Source: an uncultured Chthonomonadaceae bacterium
GTDB lineage: Bacteria > Armatimonadota > Chthonomonadetes > Chthonomonadales > Chthonomonadaceae
Length of the DNA stretch: 64,000 nt
Direction of reading: 5' to 3'
Assembly (NCBI GenBank): GCA_963835065.1
Contig: CAWIEK010000037.1
Span: 64,001-128,000 of the forward strand
The first letter of the stretch is position 1, and each line of letters opens with the position of its first letter. Position numbers and translations under genes: made by a program. The notes under the pieces were generated by a model. It ran no database searches. It had not been told where the DNA came from and saw only the letters and a list, made by a program, of their open reading frames with translations. Positions 22,294 through 33,080 of the stretch are shown one piece after another.

Positions 22294-23544
22294 TTACTTT
22301 CTTACAAGGCGATGCACTTTTCGGACGGCTTCAATAAGTAAGTGAACGTGTGCATTGGTAGGCGCATACATGCAGTTTTCAAAGCCGAGGAAAGAGTGGG
22401 CGTACAACTCTTCGACAACCGGGCATAATCCTTGTTCATAGCGTCTGTCGGACAAGTTAAATGGATAGGAGCCGAAAGCGACACGCTTCTGAAAAACCGG
22501 CAGCATATAGAGCGGGCGTACATAACCGGTGAAATGGGGGAAACCTTCTGCTGTCAGTGCGCGGCTGAACTGCTCACGCGATACGCCTACGGCTTCGGCA
22601 TCATAGCGGAAGCCAAGCACATAGTAAACATGGCGGCAGCCGGGGCGCGTGAGCGGAACCGTCAGCCCTTCCAGTCCTTGCAGTCCCGCAATGAGTTGCT
22701 GCGCCAGCCGTTCGCGGGTTTCCACATGCCGGTCAATTTTGTTTAATTGTTCCAGGCCGATAGCCGCGCTCAACTCGGTCATGCGGTAGTTGAAGCCGAT
22801 TATGTTGGAAATGTCTTCCATGCCAAGCGGCTCAACAACATTTTCGCCATGATTGCGAATTAGTTGAAGTTTACGCGCCAAACCTGCATCGTTGGTGACG
22901 CAAACGCCGCCTTCGCCCGCGTGAATATGCTTGTGGTAATTCAGGCTGAACACGCCGATGTGCCCGATTGTGCCTGCAAGCCTGCCGTTTTCCATCGCAA
23001 GCGGAGCCTGCGCATTGTCTTCAATCAAGTACAGTCCGTTGCGGTCAGCCATATCGCGCAGGTGTGCCAGTTGCGCCGGATGCCCGAATAGATTGACGGC
23101 AATGATGGCGCGAGTACGGGGCGTGATTGCGGCTTGAACGGCGTTTACATCCAGGCAAAAGGTTTCCGGTTCCACGTCCGCGAAAACCGGGATGCCGCCA
23201 TAAATCAGGGGCGCGAGCGCGGTTGCCGACATGGTGTAGGGCGGCACAATCACTTCATCGCCGGGCTGTATTCCGATTGCGCCCATGGCCGCGTACAGGC
23301 CGGACGTGGCCGAGTTGACCGAAACCGCGTGTGCGACCCCGAACCGCTGCGCCCAAGCGTCTTCAAAGCGGCGCACCATCGGCCCGCCGCCGAACTGTTC
23401 GCCCCAACTGCCATAAAAGCCGGACAAGCACCCGGAGCGCACAACCTCTGTAACCGCCTGTACTTCCTCTTCGCCCAACGTATTGTAAGCGGGCAGGGGA
23501 CACGGAAGTACAGGGGAACCGCCGAATAAGGCTAACTTTTCCAA
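22294..23544 (-). CDS. DegT/DnrJ/EryC1/StrS aminotransferase
   Basis: VNSATSGL, IEDNAQA, FSLNYHKHIHAGEGG and GFNYRMTE. TTG start after GGAGG. Confidence 0.92.
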   Translation of the reverse strand: MEKLALFGGSPVLPCPLPAYNTLGEEEVQAVTEVVRSGCLSGFYGSWGEQFGGGPMVRRFEDAWAQRFGVAHAVSVNSATSGLYAAMGAIGIQPGDEVIVPPYTMSATALAPLIYGGIPVFADVEPETFCLDVNAVQAAITPRTRAIIAVNLFGHPAQLAHLRDMADRNGLYLIEDNAQAPLAMENGRLAGTIGHIGVFSLNYHKHIHAGEGGVCVTNDAGLARKLQLIRNHGENVVEPLGMEDISNIIGFNYRMTELSAAIGLEQLNKIDRHVETRERLAQQLIAGLQGLEGLTVPLTRPGCRHVYYVLGFRYDAEAVGVSREQFSRALTAEGFPHFTGYVRPLYMLPVFQKRVAFGSYPFNLSDRRYEQGLCPVVEELYAHSFLGFENCMYAPTNAHVHLLIEAVRKVHRLVRK

Positions 23545-23748
23545 GCAAACCTCCACAGGTGAGGAACCGCGAAAGGATACGGTAGAAACCGCGAAACACG
23601 CAAAATAAACGAAAAAAGACCAAAGCAACGGATAGACAAACCCGTTAAACACGGCACAATCTGGTGTCCACAGGACAATTGGCCGCAGGCCTAACAACCG
23701 GCATTTTATGTACTGGTTGAACACGGCTGCACTATACGTGGTCAATGT

Positions 23749-24528
23749 TCAGGCGCGGACGTTGATGCCTGCCGTGTGCAGGAAGGAACGGGCTTTGATC
23801 GGGCTTTGATCGGTGAAATGGAACAGGCTGCCGACGGCAATAGCGGAAGCGTGGGCGTCCGTTACGGCATCGGCAAGGTGCTGCAAGGTTCCCGCGCCGC
23901 CGGACGCGATGATGGGAATGGGATAGCGAACGGTCGCTTCACGGATCAGTTCAAGATCGTAGCCCTGCATCGTGCCGTCGCGGTCAATGGACGTGAGCAG
24001 AATCTCGCCCGCGCCTTCAGCGACAATGCGGTCCAGATGCGTCCAGACATCCATTCCTGTCGGCTGTGTGCCGCCCCGTATCCAAACCTCATGCAGATGA
24101 GTCGGAGTGGCCTTCACATCAACGGACGCGACAACGCACTGCTTACCGTAACAGTCGGCAATGGCGGGCAAAAAGGAACGGGACTCAAACGCAAGCGTGT
24201 TGACCGCGATTTTGTCCGCTCCGGCGCGAAGCAGGCAGGCTACATCATCAAGATCGCGTATGCCGCCGCCAACCGTCAGCGGCATAAAACACTCTTCCGC
24301 CGCGCGAGCGATAATGTCCAGCAACAGGCCGCGTCCCGGCTCCCCATCCGCAGAAGGAGCGGCGTAACAGTCAATGTCCAGAAACAGCAGTTCATCCACC
24401 GTCTGCGCGTTGTAAATACGCGCATTGGAAACCGGAGCGCCCACGTCACGCAGGTTCTCGAAGCGCGTTCCCTTTACGGTGCGCCCCCGTTTCAGCAGCA
24501 GTTTTGGAATGATGCGTGTTTTTAGCAT
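23749..24528 (-). CDS. hisF: HisF-like cyclase subunit of a glycan amidotransferase module (WbuZ-like)
   Basis: RIIPKLL, PLTVGGGI, GEILLTSIDRDGT..YD and IIASGGAG. Context is a sugar cluster, so this is a HisF2 paralogue. Confidence 0.88.
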   Translation of the reverse strand: MLKTRIIPKLLLKRGRTVKGTRFENLRDVGAPVSNARIYNAQTVDELLFLDIDCYAAPSADGEPGRGLLLDIIARAAEECFMPLTVGGGIRDLDDVACLLRAGADKIAVNTLAFESRSFLPAIADCYGKQCVVASVDVKATPTHLHEVWIRGGTQPTGMDVWTHLDRIVAEGAGEILLTSIDRDGTMQGYDLELIREATVRYPIPIIASGGAGTLQHLADAVTDAHASAIAVGSLFHFTDQSPIKARSFLHTAGINVRA

Positions 24529-24533
24529 AGGAT

Positions 24534-24671
24534 TTAGGGGTCAGGATTCAGGATTCAGGATTCAGGAGCCAGTTACAGAGTGTTCTTGATAAAAAGGCAG
24601 ATTTCTTACCACTCAAGAGCAGTAACAAGCTTGTCTTCACTGACCCCTGAATCCTGAATCCTGACCCCTAA
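24534..24671. repeat. Perfect 26-bp inverted heptamer arrays (TCAGGAT)n spanning the hisH stop to the hisF start
   Basis: 24534-24559 is the exact reverse complement of 24646-24671. Confidence 0.9.
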
Positions 24672-25291
24672 CCGGGTTTCCACTGCATGAAGTTATCCAG
24701 CAGGCACAACCCGTTTTCCTGACTTTTTTCAGGATGGAACTGGACGGCGAACAGGTTATTTTTGCGTATGGCTGCCGGGAACGCGCCGCCGTAATCGCAG
24801 GTGGCAATCACATCGCCTGCATCGGCGCAGGACAGGGCGTAGGAATGAACAAAGTAAACGCAAGTATCTTTGCGCTTGATGCCGGCAAACAGCGGCTCGT
24901 TTGGGTCAAAACAGAGTTCATTCCAGCCGACGTGCGGCAGTTTCAAATTGGAATCATGCGGCGTGAGCAGGCGGCAGGAAGCGTTCAGCAGTCCTAATCC
25001 CGGCCATTCGCCGTTTTCCATTCCGGTATGCGCCAGCACTTGCATGCCCACGCAAATGCCCATAATCGGCTTACCACTGTATGCCTGCGCGAGAAGGGCG
25101 GCATCCAAACCGGTTTGTTTGAGATTGCGCATGGCGGTTGCGAACGCGCCCTGCCCCGGAAGAATGATGCGCTCCGCGCCCTGCAAATCTTCGGGACGCG
25201 ACGTAAGCTGCGCGTCGTACCCCAAATGCTCCAGCGCGCGAAGCACGGAACACAGATTGCTCACTCCATAATCTACAACGGCTGCCTGCAT
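24668..25291 (-). CDS. hisH: HisH-like glutamine amidotransferase (WbuY-like)
   Basis: VVDYGVSNL, ILPGQGAF, GICVGMQ, PHVGWN, YFVHSY and QFHPEKS. Confidence 0.92.
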   Translation of the reverse strand: MQAAVVDYGVSNLCSVLRALEHLGYDAQLTSRPEDLQGAERIILPGQGAFATAMRNLKQTGLDAALLAQAYSGKPIMGICVGMQVLAHTGMENGEWPGLGLLNASCRLLTPHDSNLKLPHVGWNELCFDPNEPLFAGIKRKDTCVYFVHSYALSCADAGDVIATCDYGGAFPAAIRKNNLFAVQFHPEKSQENGLCLLDNFMQWKPG

Positions 25292-25332
25292 AAGTATAAG
25301 TCCATCTTTGATGCGAATTCTTTTACAAAGAC

Positions 25333-26484
25333 TTACGATGCCTTCTGCAACACGCGCAATTGCGGCTTGTATTCCCAGGGCGAAACCTGATGGCTTTTGG
25401 CGATTTTAAGGAATTCGGCTTCGCTCATGCCAACGATTTCCAGGAACCAATCCAGACTGGCGGGACGCTGGCCGTCGTATTCCACCATCAGGCGTTCGCC
25501 GGTTTCCCGTTCCAGAACGCCGTTGCGTATGTCAATGCTGGCGAGATGCGCCGTGCGTCCGTAGCCGCGCTTGATGAACTTGATATAATCGCGGACGCCC
25601 TGCAAGCCACATTCGATCTTTTCGTAGCCGTACTGTGAGGGAACGCCTTCTACCACATCTTCCTGCCAGCCGAGTTCCCGCTTGATAAGGTCCACCTGAT
25701 TCTTGACGTTCCAGGGAATGTAGGAACCCAGGCAGACGGAGCGATAATTGATGGCCCGCAGGTCGCGCAATTTCGGGTAGCGGAACGGATCAAGATCGCG
25801 CGGGTCGAGATCGCTCATATCAATCATGCCTGCCATGTCGTCGGCGGTAATGCCCAGGTTCACGAACCGATTGAACCGCTTCTCGTCCACTTCCTCTACT
25901 TCGTCGTAGGAAAAATAGGCCGTGTATTCCGCGCTAGGTTCGCCCCAGAACACAAGCGGAACCTCAAATTTGGCGGCAATCTGCATCGGATACGCGAAGA
26001 TGCCGGAGTGGCAATGCCAGCAAAAGTCGCCCTTGCGCAGAAAACTTTCCAGCATCAGGCGCTGCACCAGTTTCCAATTGGGACGGAATTTAAGGAAATC
26101 GCAGCCCAATGTTTGCAGAACGCGCTCGTTGTTCGCCAGTACGCCCGGACGCAGAAAGCCATGATCGAAACTGACCACGAGCGGCTTGATTTTGTACTCC
26201 TGCATCAGATATAAGAGCGTAAACGCGCTGTCCTTGCCCCCGCTGAACGGAACAATGCAGTCGTAAGCGTATTTGCCCCGGTGCTGTTCAATCAAGGCGT
26301 CCAGATTTCGCTTTTTCTGTTCCCAATCTATGGCATGTTTGATCTCGTGCTGGCGGCAGACATTGCACACGCCTTCGGCATCGAAAATAATCGTTTCGTG
26401 CGTTTCCGGTATCAGGCAGCGGGAGCAACGCTTTAGTTGATAGTTGATAGTTGATAGTTGATAGGGGAAAGCAGTGGGTTGCAT
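25333..26484 (-). CDS. N-acetyl sugar amidotransferase (WbuX/PseA family)
   Basis: CSRC..CNVC, YDCIVPFSGGKDS PP-loop, CWHCH and KRGYGR. Next to hisH/hisF paralogues. Confidence 0.9.
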   Translation of the reverse strand: MQPTAFPYQLSTINYQLKRCSRCLIPETHETIIFDAEGVCNVCRQHEIKHAIDWEQKKRNLDALIEQHRGKYAYDCIVPFSGGKDSAFTLLYLMQEYKIKPLVVSFDHGFLRPGVLANNERVLQTLGCDFLKFRPNWKLVQRLMLESFLRKGDFCWHCHSGIFAYPMQIAAKFEVPLVFWGEPSAEYTAYFSYDEVEEVDEKRFNRFVNLGITADDMAGMIDMSDLDPRDLDPFRYPKLRDLRAINYRSVCLGSYIPWNVKNQVDLIKRELGWQEDVVEGVPSQYGYEKIECGLQGVRDYIKFIKRGYGRTAHLASIDIRNGVLERETGERLMVEYDGQRPASLDWFLEIVGMSEAEFLKIAKSHQVSPWEYKPQLRVLQKAS

Positions 26485-26559
26485 TATGAAGGCTCCTCGT
26501 AGGGTGTATAGAAATTAAACAGTAGGGATCATTTGATAGTCAGGGTGGCCTATCAACCA

Positions 26560-27195
26560 TCAACTATCAAATATCCGAAACTCTTCCCGAAACAGCCCCA
26601 TGTCAATGCGATCCTGAAAAGCGCCGTGACTCCAGTATTCCTGACGCTTGCGGCCTTCGATGACGAAACCGAGGCGTTCATACAGACGGAGGGCGCGTTC
26701 GTTGTTGGCGAGGACGCCCAAAGACACTTTGCGCAGCCCTAATCGCTCGAAGGCATACGTCAGGCAGAGCCGCATGGCTTCCTCGCCAAGCCCCTGCCCG
26801 TGATGGCGCGTATCGCCGATAAGGATGCCGACGGAAGCGGTTCGGTGCAGCCAATGAATGGGTTCCAATTTGATGTTGCCGATATGCGCCCCGCTTTGCA
26901 GATGCTGAATAGCAAAGAACAGGCAAGTCGGGAACCCGGAAGCGGCTGCCGTTGCTTGCGAAACATAGCGTTGCAGGGCTTCGAGAGTTTGTGGAAACGC
27001 CCCGGTTTCCAGATGGCGCGTAATATCGGGATCGTTCAGCCAGCCGAGGTAATGCGCTCCGGCGTCGGCGGTTGTCAGAGGCCGCAGGCCGATTCGCTTG
27101 CCGCGCAAAAACAGGGCGCAAGCGTCCGCAGGCGAATACAAGGGAACTTGAGCGTCATCCAAAATGGTAAGGTCGGGCGACATGAGGCGGCACAT
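26560..27195 (-). CDS. GNAT (RimJ/RimL) acetyltransferase
   Basis: YLGWLNDP, HIGNIKL, GQGLGEEA and NERALRLYERLGF. Confidence 0.88.
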   Translation of the reverse strand: MCRLMSPDLTILDDAQVPLYSPADACALFLRGKRIGLRPLTTADAGAHYLGWLNDPDITRHLETGAFPQTLEALQRYVSQATAAASGFPTCLFFAIQHLQSGAHIGNIKLEPIHWLHRTASVGILIGDTRHHGQGLGEEAMRLCLTYAFERLGLRKVSLGVLANNERALRLYERLGFVIEGRKRQEYWSHGAFQDRIDMGLFREEFRIFDS

Positions 27196-27433
27196 TCTCC
27201 CTGCGCGGCAGCAATGAACTGTATAGCGGCAGCATCGAACTGTATACAGGTATTATTGGCAGCGAGGGAGTGAGTTTGCAGGGGAAATATAACGGCGCGC
27301 AGGCGCTTGCGCAGGAACCGGCATATCTATCAACTATGAACTGTTTATGAACTGTAAACTTGAAGCCCGGTAACGTGATTGTCGAGTGTCACCAGACATT
27401 CCTATCAACTACGAACTATCAACTATCAACTAT

Positions 27434-28876
27434 TTAACGACGACGACGGGTGGAAGAGAGGATTTTGGCTTCCTGGCGGTATTTGACAACGGTACGGCGG
27501 GCAACGGAAAAGCCCCGTTCCTCCAGCAAGTCTACAATCTGCTGATCGGACAGAGGATACGCAGGGTCTTCTTCCAAAACAATGGCTTCGATGGCGTCTT
27601 TGATGGACAAAGACGAGTTGAAGAAGATGTCGAAACCCACGACTTCCTGATTGGGAAGCTGGACGTATTTGTTGGCGGTGGCGCGACTCACGGTAAACTC
27701 GTGCAGGCCAAGCAGGTCGGCAACGCGGGTGCGCGTCAGGGGGCGCAGGAACTTGCGCTGGCCTGTTTCGAGAAACCCCGTCTGACATTCGATGATGGAG
27801 CGCGTAATGAAGCGCAGGGTGTGACGGCGCTGATGCAGGTTTTGGAGGAAACGCTCGGCGCGTTCCACCCATTCCACGAAATGCTGGCGCTCTTCGGGGG
27901 ATTGGAAATTTTCGCCGCTTTTAATTTGATTGTACGCCTCGCGGTAGTACGGGTTAATACTGAGCGCCTGGGCTTCCAGTTGCGGAACCTCAATGTCGTA
28001 CCCAAGTTCCGCGCGCCGAATAATCACATCAGCGCGAACGGAGGCTTTGCTATGGCCGGGGCGGTAGCTCCAGGGCGGGCGAAACTGGCTGGCCGGAAAC
28101 GGATTCAGGTGCGCGCGAATATAGCCCATGGCTGCTTCTACATCCTCTACGGACAGTTTGAGAACGCGCGCCATTTTGCTGTAGCGGTTGTTGCAGACGT
28201 TTTCAAATTGTTCGGACAGCAGGCGCGTGGCGTTCTCATTGAGCTGTCGCTGCGCAGGCGCGGCCTGTTCGCGCAAAAACGCCAGCTGCAGCAGCAGGCA
28301 CTCCTGAAGGTCGCGCGCGCCGACGCCGGGCGGGTCGAAGGATTGGATGATGATGAGCAGGCGGCAGACTTCGCTTTCATCCACGTTCAAGTCACAGGCA
28401 ATCTGTCCGGTTTTTTCCGGCAGCCAGCCGCGCGCATCCAGACAGTTGATGATGTACTCGCCCAGAGGGTAATCCTCCGGGGAAACGGCGGAACGGAGCA
28501 GGCTGCACAAATGTTCTGAAAGCGTGATCTCCGCTTCCAGGTTGCCAACGACGTCAAACTCCTCTTCGCCTTCCATGCCCTCGAAGCCGGGAATAGTATC
28601 GTATTCATTCTGGTGGTCGCCGGAGTCCATCGTGTCGTTGTTGTCGGGGCGGCGGGCGTTTTCGCGCGCCATGCACGTAACGCACTGCGCCGGGGTGAGG
28701 CAGTTGCCGTCACACGCGCTTTCTTCAAGCGTGACAAGGGCAGGGTTTTCCAGCAACTCGGCCTCAATGGATTGTTCCAATTCCATGCTGCTGAGCTGCA
28801 ATATGGTGTTGGCAACGATCAGCTTGGGGTCGATTCGCTGCGTTATAACGGCCCGTTGGTCTTGCTGAAGGAGCAC
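27434..28876 (-). CDS. rpoN: RNA polymerase sigma-54 factor
   Basis: ILQLSSMEL..ENPAL, FDPPGVGARDLQECL, HEFTVSRAT and RpoN box ARRTVVKYR. Confidence 0.95.
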   Translation of the reverse strand: MLLQQDQRAVITQRIDPKLIVANTILQLSSMELEQSIEAELLENPALVTLEESACDGNCLTPAQCVTCMARENARRPDNNDTMDSGDHQNEYDTIPGFEGMEGEEEFDVVGNLEAEITLSEHLCSLLRSAVSPEDYPLGEYIINCLDARGWLPEKTGQIACDLNVDESEVCRLLIIIQSFDPPGVGARDLQECLLLQLAFLREQAAPAQRQLNENATRLLSEQFENVCNNRYSKMARVLKLSVEDVEAAMGYIRAHLNPFPASQFRPPWSYRPGHSKASVRADVIIRRAELGYDIEVPQLEAQALSINPYYREAYNQIKSGENFQSPEERQHFVEWVERAERFLQNLHQRRHTLRFITRSIIECQTGFLETGQRKFLRPLTRTRVADLLGLHEFTVSRATANKYVQLPNQEVVGFDIFFNSSLSIKDAIEAIVLEEDPAYPLSDQQIVDLLEERGFSVARRTVVKYRQEAKILSSTRRRR

Positions 28877-30051
28877 TGTGTCACCTGTTTGGACAGTCTA
28901 TTATTGACAATCAGTTTTCAACAGTCAGTTTCAAGAGTTGAAATCAATGGTCAGGCCAACTGTCAACGAAATTATGGCGGTGGAACTCATCAAAGCGTTC
29001 AGGTCACATTTTAGCGCGGCATAAACGCGGCAAAGGCCGCAATGCTGAAACCATCTTAATGAAAATCGGGATTTCCGAAGTTACCGGCTGATTGTCGGCG
29101 TCTTCCTGGCTCATGTTCAGAGTGTGGGCGGGTGGAGCAGGCAGTTACAGGAAAAATGCCGGGAGAGTCGGCTATGGTACCGTTATTATGGCATGTTTTT
29201 AGGAGTGCGCGTAATCACATCAATGTTAAATTTGAGTTGTCGCTGTTTGTGGGCACATCAGCCGTGTCATAAATCCCGGCGCGGCGCTTTCCCGAAAATC
29301 TACTTCCCAATGACTCCTTTATCACCGTATCAGCGACATGGCAAGCAGAAATTAGGAGAGAGACAATATCCCACTTCTTGACGAGGCAGCGTAGCGCTTT
29401 GTTCAGGCAAACCATACCTGTTTTAAGCGACTCTGCTAAAAATACCAGTATACTTGGTTTTAGCGTTTATCCAGCGATACTTAATGACACTACATGGCGC
29501 TTGAAAATGGTGTAAAGGAAACGAAATTTAGAGCATATCTATTTACATATAAAATGAATTAGGCAAAAGGAACAGAACTGTGATGGGCAAAAGGCGGTTG
29601 GGATCGATGGTAGAACCCTGTAAACACTTCTGCAAACGCGCGGGAAGTCAGGTATAATTGAGTATAGTATACCCTGAAAAGAGATCAAATAGGTAGAAAT
29701 TTGTACGTATCCTCGTTGGATTTTGCTGTCACTTTTGCTTTGTTTTTGTAGACGCCGAGCGTGGCGGGCGCAGAAACATCCGAGCAATATGCCCCGGCAT
29801 AGCGTCGAACGCCAAATCAGCGAAACTCCGACAGGCAATAGGCGTCTAAACTCCCAACAGCAACATCTTGTACGCATCGGTATTCAGGTGTTCGGTGTTC
29901 AGGTATTCGGATAAGTCGGACATTTGCGTTTACGGCTGCCGAAGTGAACATTGGCCCGACGGTTCTTTAGTCAGATAATCTTTAGCCAGATAATTTTGAG
30001 AGCTATTCCTCATACTTTTTCGGCATTAGCCCCCTTTAGGAGAAAGACAAC

Positions 30052-31758
30052 TTGCTGAAGCTCAGGCGTACCCATCTTGGTGAACTTCTTGTGGACGAAG
30101 GTCTTGTCACGCCGCAACAACTCGACGTGGCGCTGGCGGAACAGAAACGTGCCGATAACAGCAAGCGCATCGGCGAAATACTCGTCGGCTTGCGGTTTCT
30201 GTCGGAACCGAACCTGCTGCGCGTGTTGTCGCAGCAGCTTGACTGCCCGATCATTGATCTGGGCAAAGAGCCGCCCGACCCGTCCGCGCTGGAAATCATC
30301 TCCAGCGATTTCGCCATGCGGCATCATCTGGTTCCCATCCGGCGCAACGATGAAACCCTTGTGGTGGCGATGGCGGACCCGCTCGATATTCATACCATAG
30401 ATGATTTGCGCTTATTGACGGGGCTGGACATCGCGCCCATGCTGGCGGCGGGAGCCGATATTCAGCGCGTGTGCGAACAGTTTTATATGTCCAAGATGAT
30501 CGCGGGCGTTCAGGACGCCGAGCGGACTGTCGAAGACGAAGATGAAGACGACGTAGCTAATCTGCAAAAGATGGCGAAGGAAGAACTCGTCATTCAGATG
30601 GTCAATCTGATTATCAACCAGGCCATTCAGGATCGCGCCAGTGACATTCACATCGAGCCGTTCGACAAAGAATTGCGCGTCCGTTATCGCGTGGACGGTG
30701 TGCTGCGCGAAGTGAGTTCGCCGCCCAAGCGCTTCCATGCCGCTGTGGTCAGCCGCATCAAAATTCTCGCCGACATGAACATCGCCGAGCGCCGCCTTCC
30801 CCTTGACGGACGTATGCGCATCAAAAGCAGCGGGCGGCAGATTGACCTGCGCGTATCCACCCTGCCGACGATGTACGGCGAAGGCGTGGTCATGCGTATT
30901 CTGGACAAGCAGACAGCCATGCTTGGGCTTACGGAATTGGGCATGGAGCGGGGCATGTTCGGCATCTTCCGCCGTTTGATTCAGGAGCCGCACGGCATTA
31001 TTCTGGTCACGGGGCCGACGGGTTCGGGCAAAACCACCACGCTGTACGCCAGCCTGAGCGAAATTTACAGCGTGGAAAAGAAGATCATCACGGTTGAAGA
31101 CCCGGTTGAATATCAGTTGAACGGCATCAATCAGGTGCTGGCGCAGCCGCACATCGGCCTGACGTTCGCCAACACCCTGCGCTCCATTGTGCGCCAGGAC
31201 CCCGATATTATTATGATCGGTGAAATCCGCGACAAGGAAACGGTAGACATCGCCATTCAGGCCGCCCTGACAGGCCACCTTGTCTTTTCCACCCTGCATA
31301 CCAACGACGCGGCGGGCGCGGTAAGCCGCCTGCTGGATATGGGCGCGGAGCCGTTTTTGGTCGCCAGTTCCCTTATCGGCACGATTGCGCAGCGCCTTGT
31401 CCGTATCAACTGCCCGCGCTGCCGCGAACCCTATGAAGAAAAGCCGGAAGTGCTGGAAGAAATCCACATTGACCCGGCCATGCTCAAGCGCGAGCCGCTG
31501 ATGAAGGGCGTGGGCTGCCCGGAATGTCGGGGAACCGGCTTCAAGGGACGCAGCGGCATTTACGAGATGATTGCCGTAGATGAAAACATCCGCCGCATGA
31601 TTACCGCCCGCGAACCGGCCACGCACATCAAGCAGTACGCCCAAAAAGAGCAGGGCATGATTTCGATGCTGATGGACGGGCGCGACAAAGTGCTGCAAGG
31701 CGCGACAACGATTCAAGAAGTGCTGCGCGTCTGCCAGCGCGAAGACTTTGATGCGTAA
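30052..31758 (+). CDS. gspE: Type II secretion / pilus assembly ATPase GspE/PulE
   Basis: MshEN-like LGELLV repeats, ASDIHIEP, Walker A GPTGSGKTT, RQDPDIIMIGEIRD, TGHLVFSTLHTN and tetracysteine motif. Confidence 0.95.
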   Translation: MLKLRRTHLGELLVDEGLVTPQQLDVALAEQKRADNSKRIGEILVGLRFLSEPNLLRVLSQQLDCPIIDLGKEPPDPSALEIISSDFAMRHHLVPIRRNDETLVVAMADPLDIHTIDDLRLLTGLDIAPMLAAGADIQRVCEQFYMSKMIAGVQDAERTVEDEDEDDVANLQKMAKEELVIQMVNLIINQAIQDRASDIHIEPFDKELRVRYRVDGVLREVSSPPKRFHAAVVSRIKILADMNIAERRLPLDGRMRIKSSGRQIDLRVSTLPTMYGEGVVMRILDKQTAMLGLTELGMERGMFGIFRRLIQEPHGIILVTGPTGSGKTTTLYASLSEIYSVEKKIITVEDPVEYQLNGINQVLAQPHIGLTFANTLRSIVRQDPDIIMIGEIRDKETVDIAIQAALTGHLVFSTLHTNDAAGAVSRLLDMGAEPFLVASSLIGTIAQRLVRINCPRCREPYEEKPEVLEEIHIDPAMLKREPLMKGVGCPECRGTGFKGRSGIYEMIAVDENIRRMITAREPATHIKQYAQKEQGMISMLMDGRDKVLQGATTIQEVLRVCQREDFDA

Positions 31759-31813
31759 TCGGTGTTGTACATCGGCAATGCAGCAGTGGTAGGGTAGGGC
31801 AACGGCCATCGAA

Positions 31814-32365
31814 GTGACGCTTACAGCGCAGGAGATGCAGAGGATTGCACAGGCAAAAGCCGCCCAACAACGGGCGCAGGATGCCAAAGCGCAACGGATA
31901 AGAGGCGATCCGCCTAACCCCCGCACGGGGTACAGGGGAGATGTAAAGGCCGTTGCTTCCGATGATGCGCTCTACCGCAGTGGTTGGGGAGCGATGGGAC
32001 AGGAAGAAGCCAGTTACCGGCGCGTTTCCGCCCAAGAGGTGAAAACCTATTCCGAACAAATCGGACATACGCTGGATGCGGATGCGGACGTTGATCAGCT
32101 TGGTACGGGCGGATGGCCGGGAATCGCGGATGCGACACATGCGGAAAAACAAGCCGCTCTTGGCAGTCCTGATCAGCCGATAGGCGTGAATTATTTGATG
32201 TGTGATAGCTGTCAGGACTTCTTTTCCAAACACGCGCTGTACACCCAACGAGTTCAGTATGTGGCTGATCCGAAGGTAACGCGCATTTTCTACCCGGATG
32301 GAACGGGCAGAGTAATACCGCATTCTGGCGCAATCACGATGTGGATTAATCTTTATGTGGCGTGA
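31814..32365 (+). CDS. Zn-dependent nucleic-acid deaminase toxin domain (SsdA-like), stand-alone
   Basis: HAEKQ..PIGV..MCDSC..FF..VADP..RIF.PDG gives the HxE + CxxC deaminase motif. Followed by an immunity-like gene. Confidence 0.75.
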   Translation: MTLTAQEMQRIAQAKAAQQRAQDAKAQRIRGDPPNPRTGYRGDVKAVASDDALYRSGWGAMGQEEASYRRVSAQEVKTYSEQIGHTLDADADVDQLGTGGWPGIADATHAEKQAALGSPDQPIGVNYLMCDSCQDFFSKHALYTQRVQYVADPKVTRIFYPDGTGRVIPHSGAITMWINLYVA

Positions 32366-32414
32366 TTGAGTAGCCGGCAATTCGGCTGAATATTGTGAGC
32401 AGTGACAAATTCGC

Positions 32415-33080
32415 ATGGCGCTCTTGGAAACATCAACTTCATTGCCGATACAACTCGCGCAGGCAATTCAAGCGGCGGAACATGCGCTGGAGTGTCAGCC
32501 GCAGGGGCACTTGCCTTTGTGTGTGCGCCGACGAATCGAGATGGAATTGGGGCCGGTACAGTTAGCTTACGATGGAACCCCATACGGTATTGGCTGGCAG
32601 AGGCGGGTTCATCTTGCTATTTTGAGCGTACATCGCGTTCAGCCGATTTGGGAAGCCGCGCTTCCGAGTAATGATGGAGTGGAGCGCATGATTCAGTTGG
32701 CTCAGGCTATTGTTGCTGACCATATTGACGCGCTTGACGCTAATCAGCAGATGGGCGACTTTTGGACGCAGGCAGATAACTGCCGCAGTCAATTGCGAAG
32801 ACGAACGGGCAATTCTGCCCCTGCCTGCGCGGGACATGCGGCGGCGGCGGCGGTGGCAGTGGCGTTGGCGGATAAAAAAGCGGTTGACTGCGCTTCCGGC
32901 GAGGACGACGAAACCAACAGCTATTATGATTGGGATGTGAGTTATTTTGCCAGCATTGCGTATGCGGGCGGCGGGCTTTCCAATTCTAATGCCGACATAG
33001 AAAAACGGCGCGAGTTCTGGAAATGGTACTTGCAGGAAGCTGTTCCTGATGCTTACCTTTTCGTATCCGGCGCGTCTTAA
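32415..33080 (+). CDS. Imm5-like immunity protein
   Basis: GHLPL..RRRI, RVQPIW, WDVSYFASIAYAGG and KRREFWKWYL.EAVP, which match my recollection of Imm5 proteins. Confidence 0.75.
   Translation: MALLETSTSLPIQLAQAIQAAEHALECQPQGHLPLCVRRRIEMELGPVQLAYDGTPYGIGWQRRVHLAILSVHRVQPIWEAALPSNDGVERMIQLAQAIVADHIDALDANQQMGDFWTQADNCRSQLRRRTGNSAPACAGHAAAAAVAVALADKKAVDCASGEDDETNSYYDWDVSYFASIAYAGGGLSNSNADIEKRREFWKWYLQEAVPDAYLFVSGAS

Noticed and set aside
23749..25291. hisF/hisH as a histidine biosynthesis operon
   Set aside because: They flank an N-acetyl sugar amidotransferase in a glycan cluster, and no other his genes are present.
28877..30051. Small ORFs in the AT-richer rpoN-gspE intergenic region
   Set aside because: No RBS or family motifs. 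The region is better explained as divergent promoter DNA (TATAAT at 29653).
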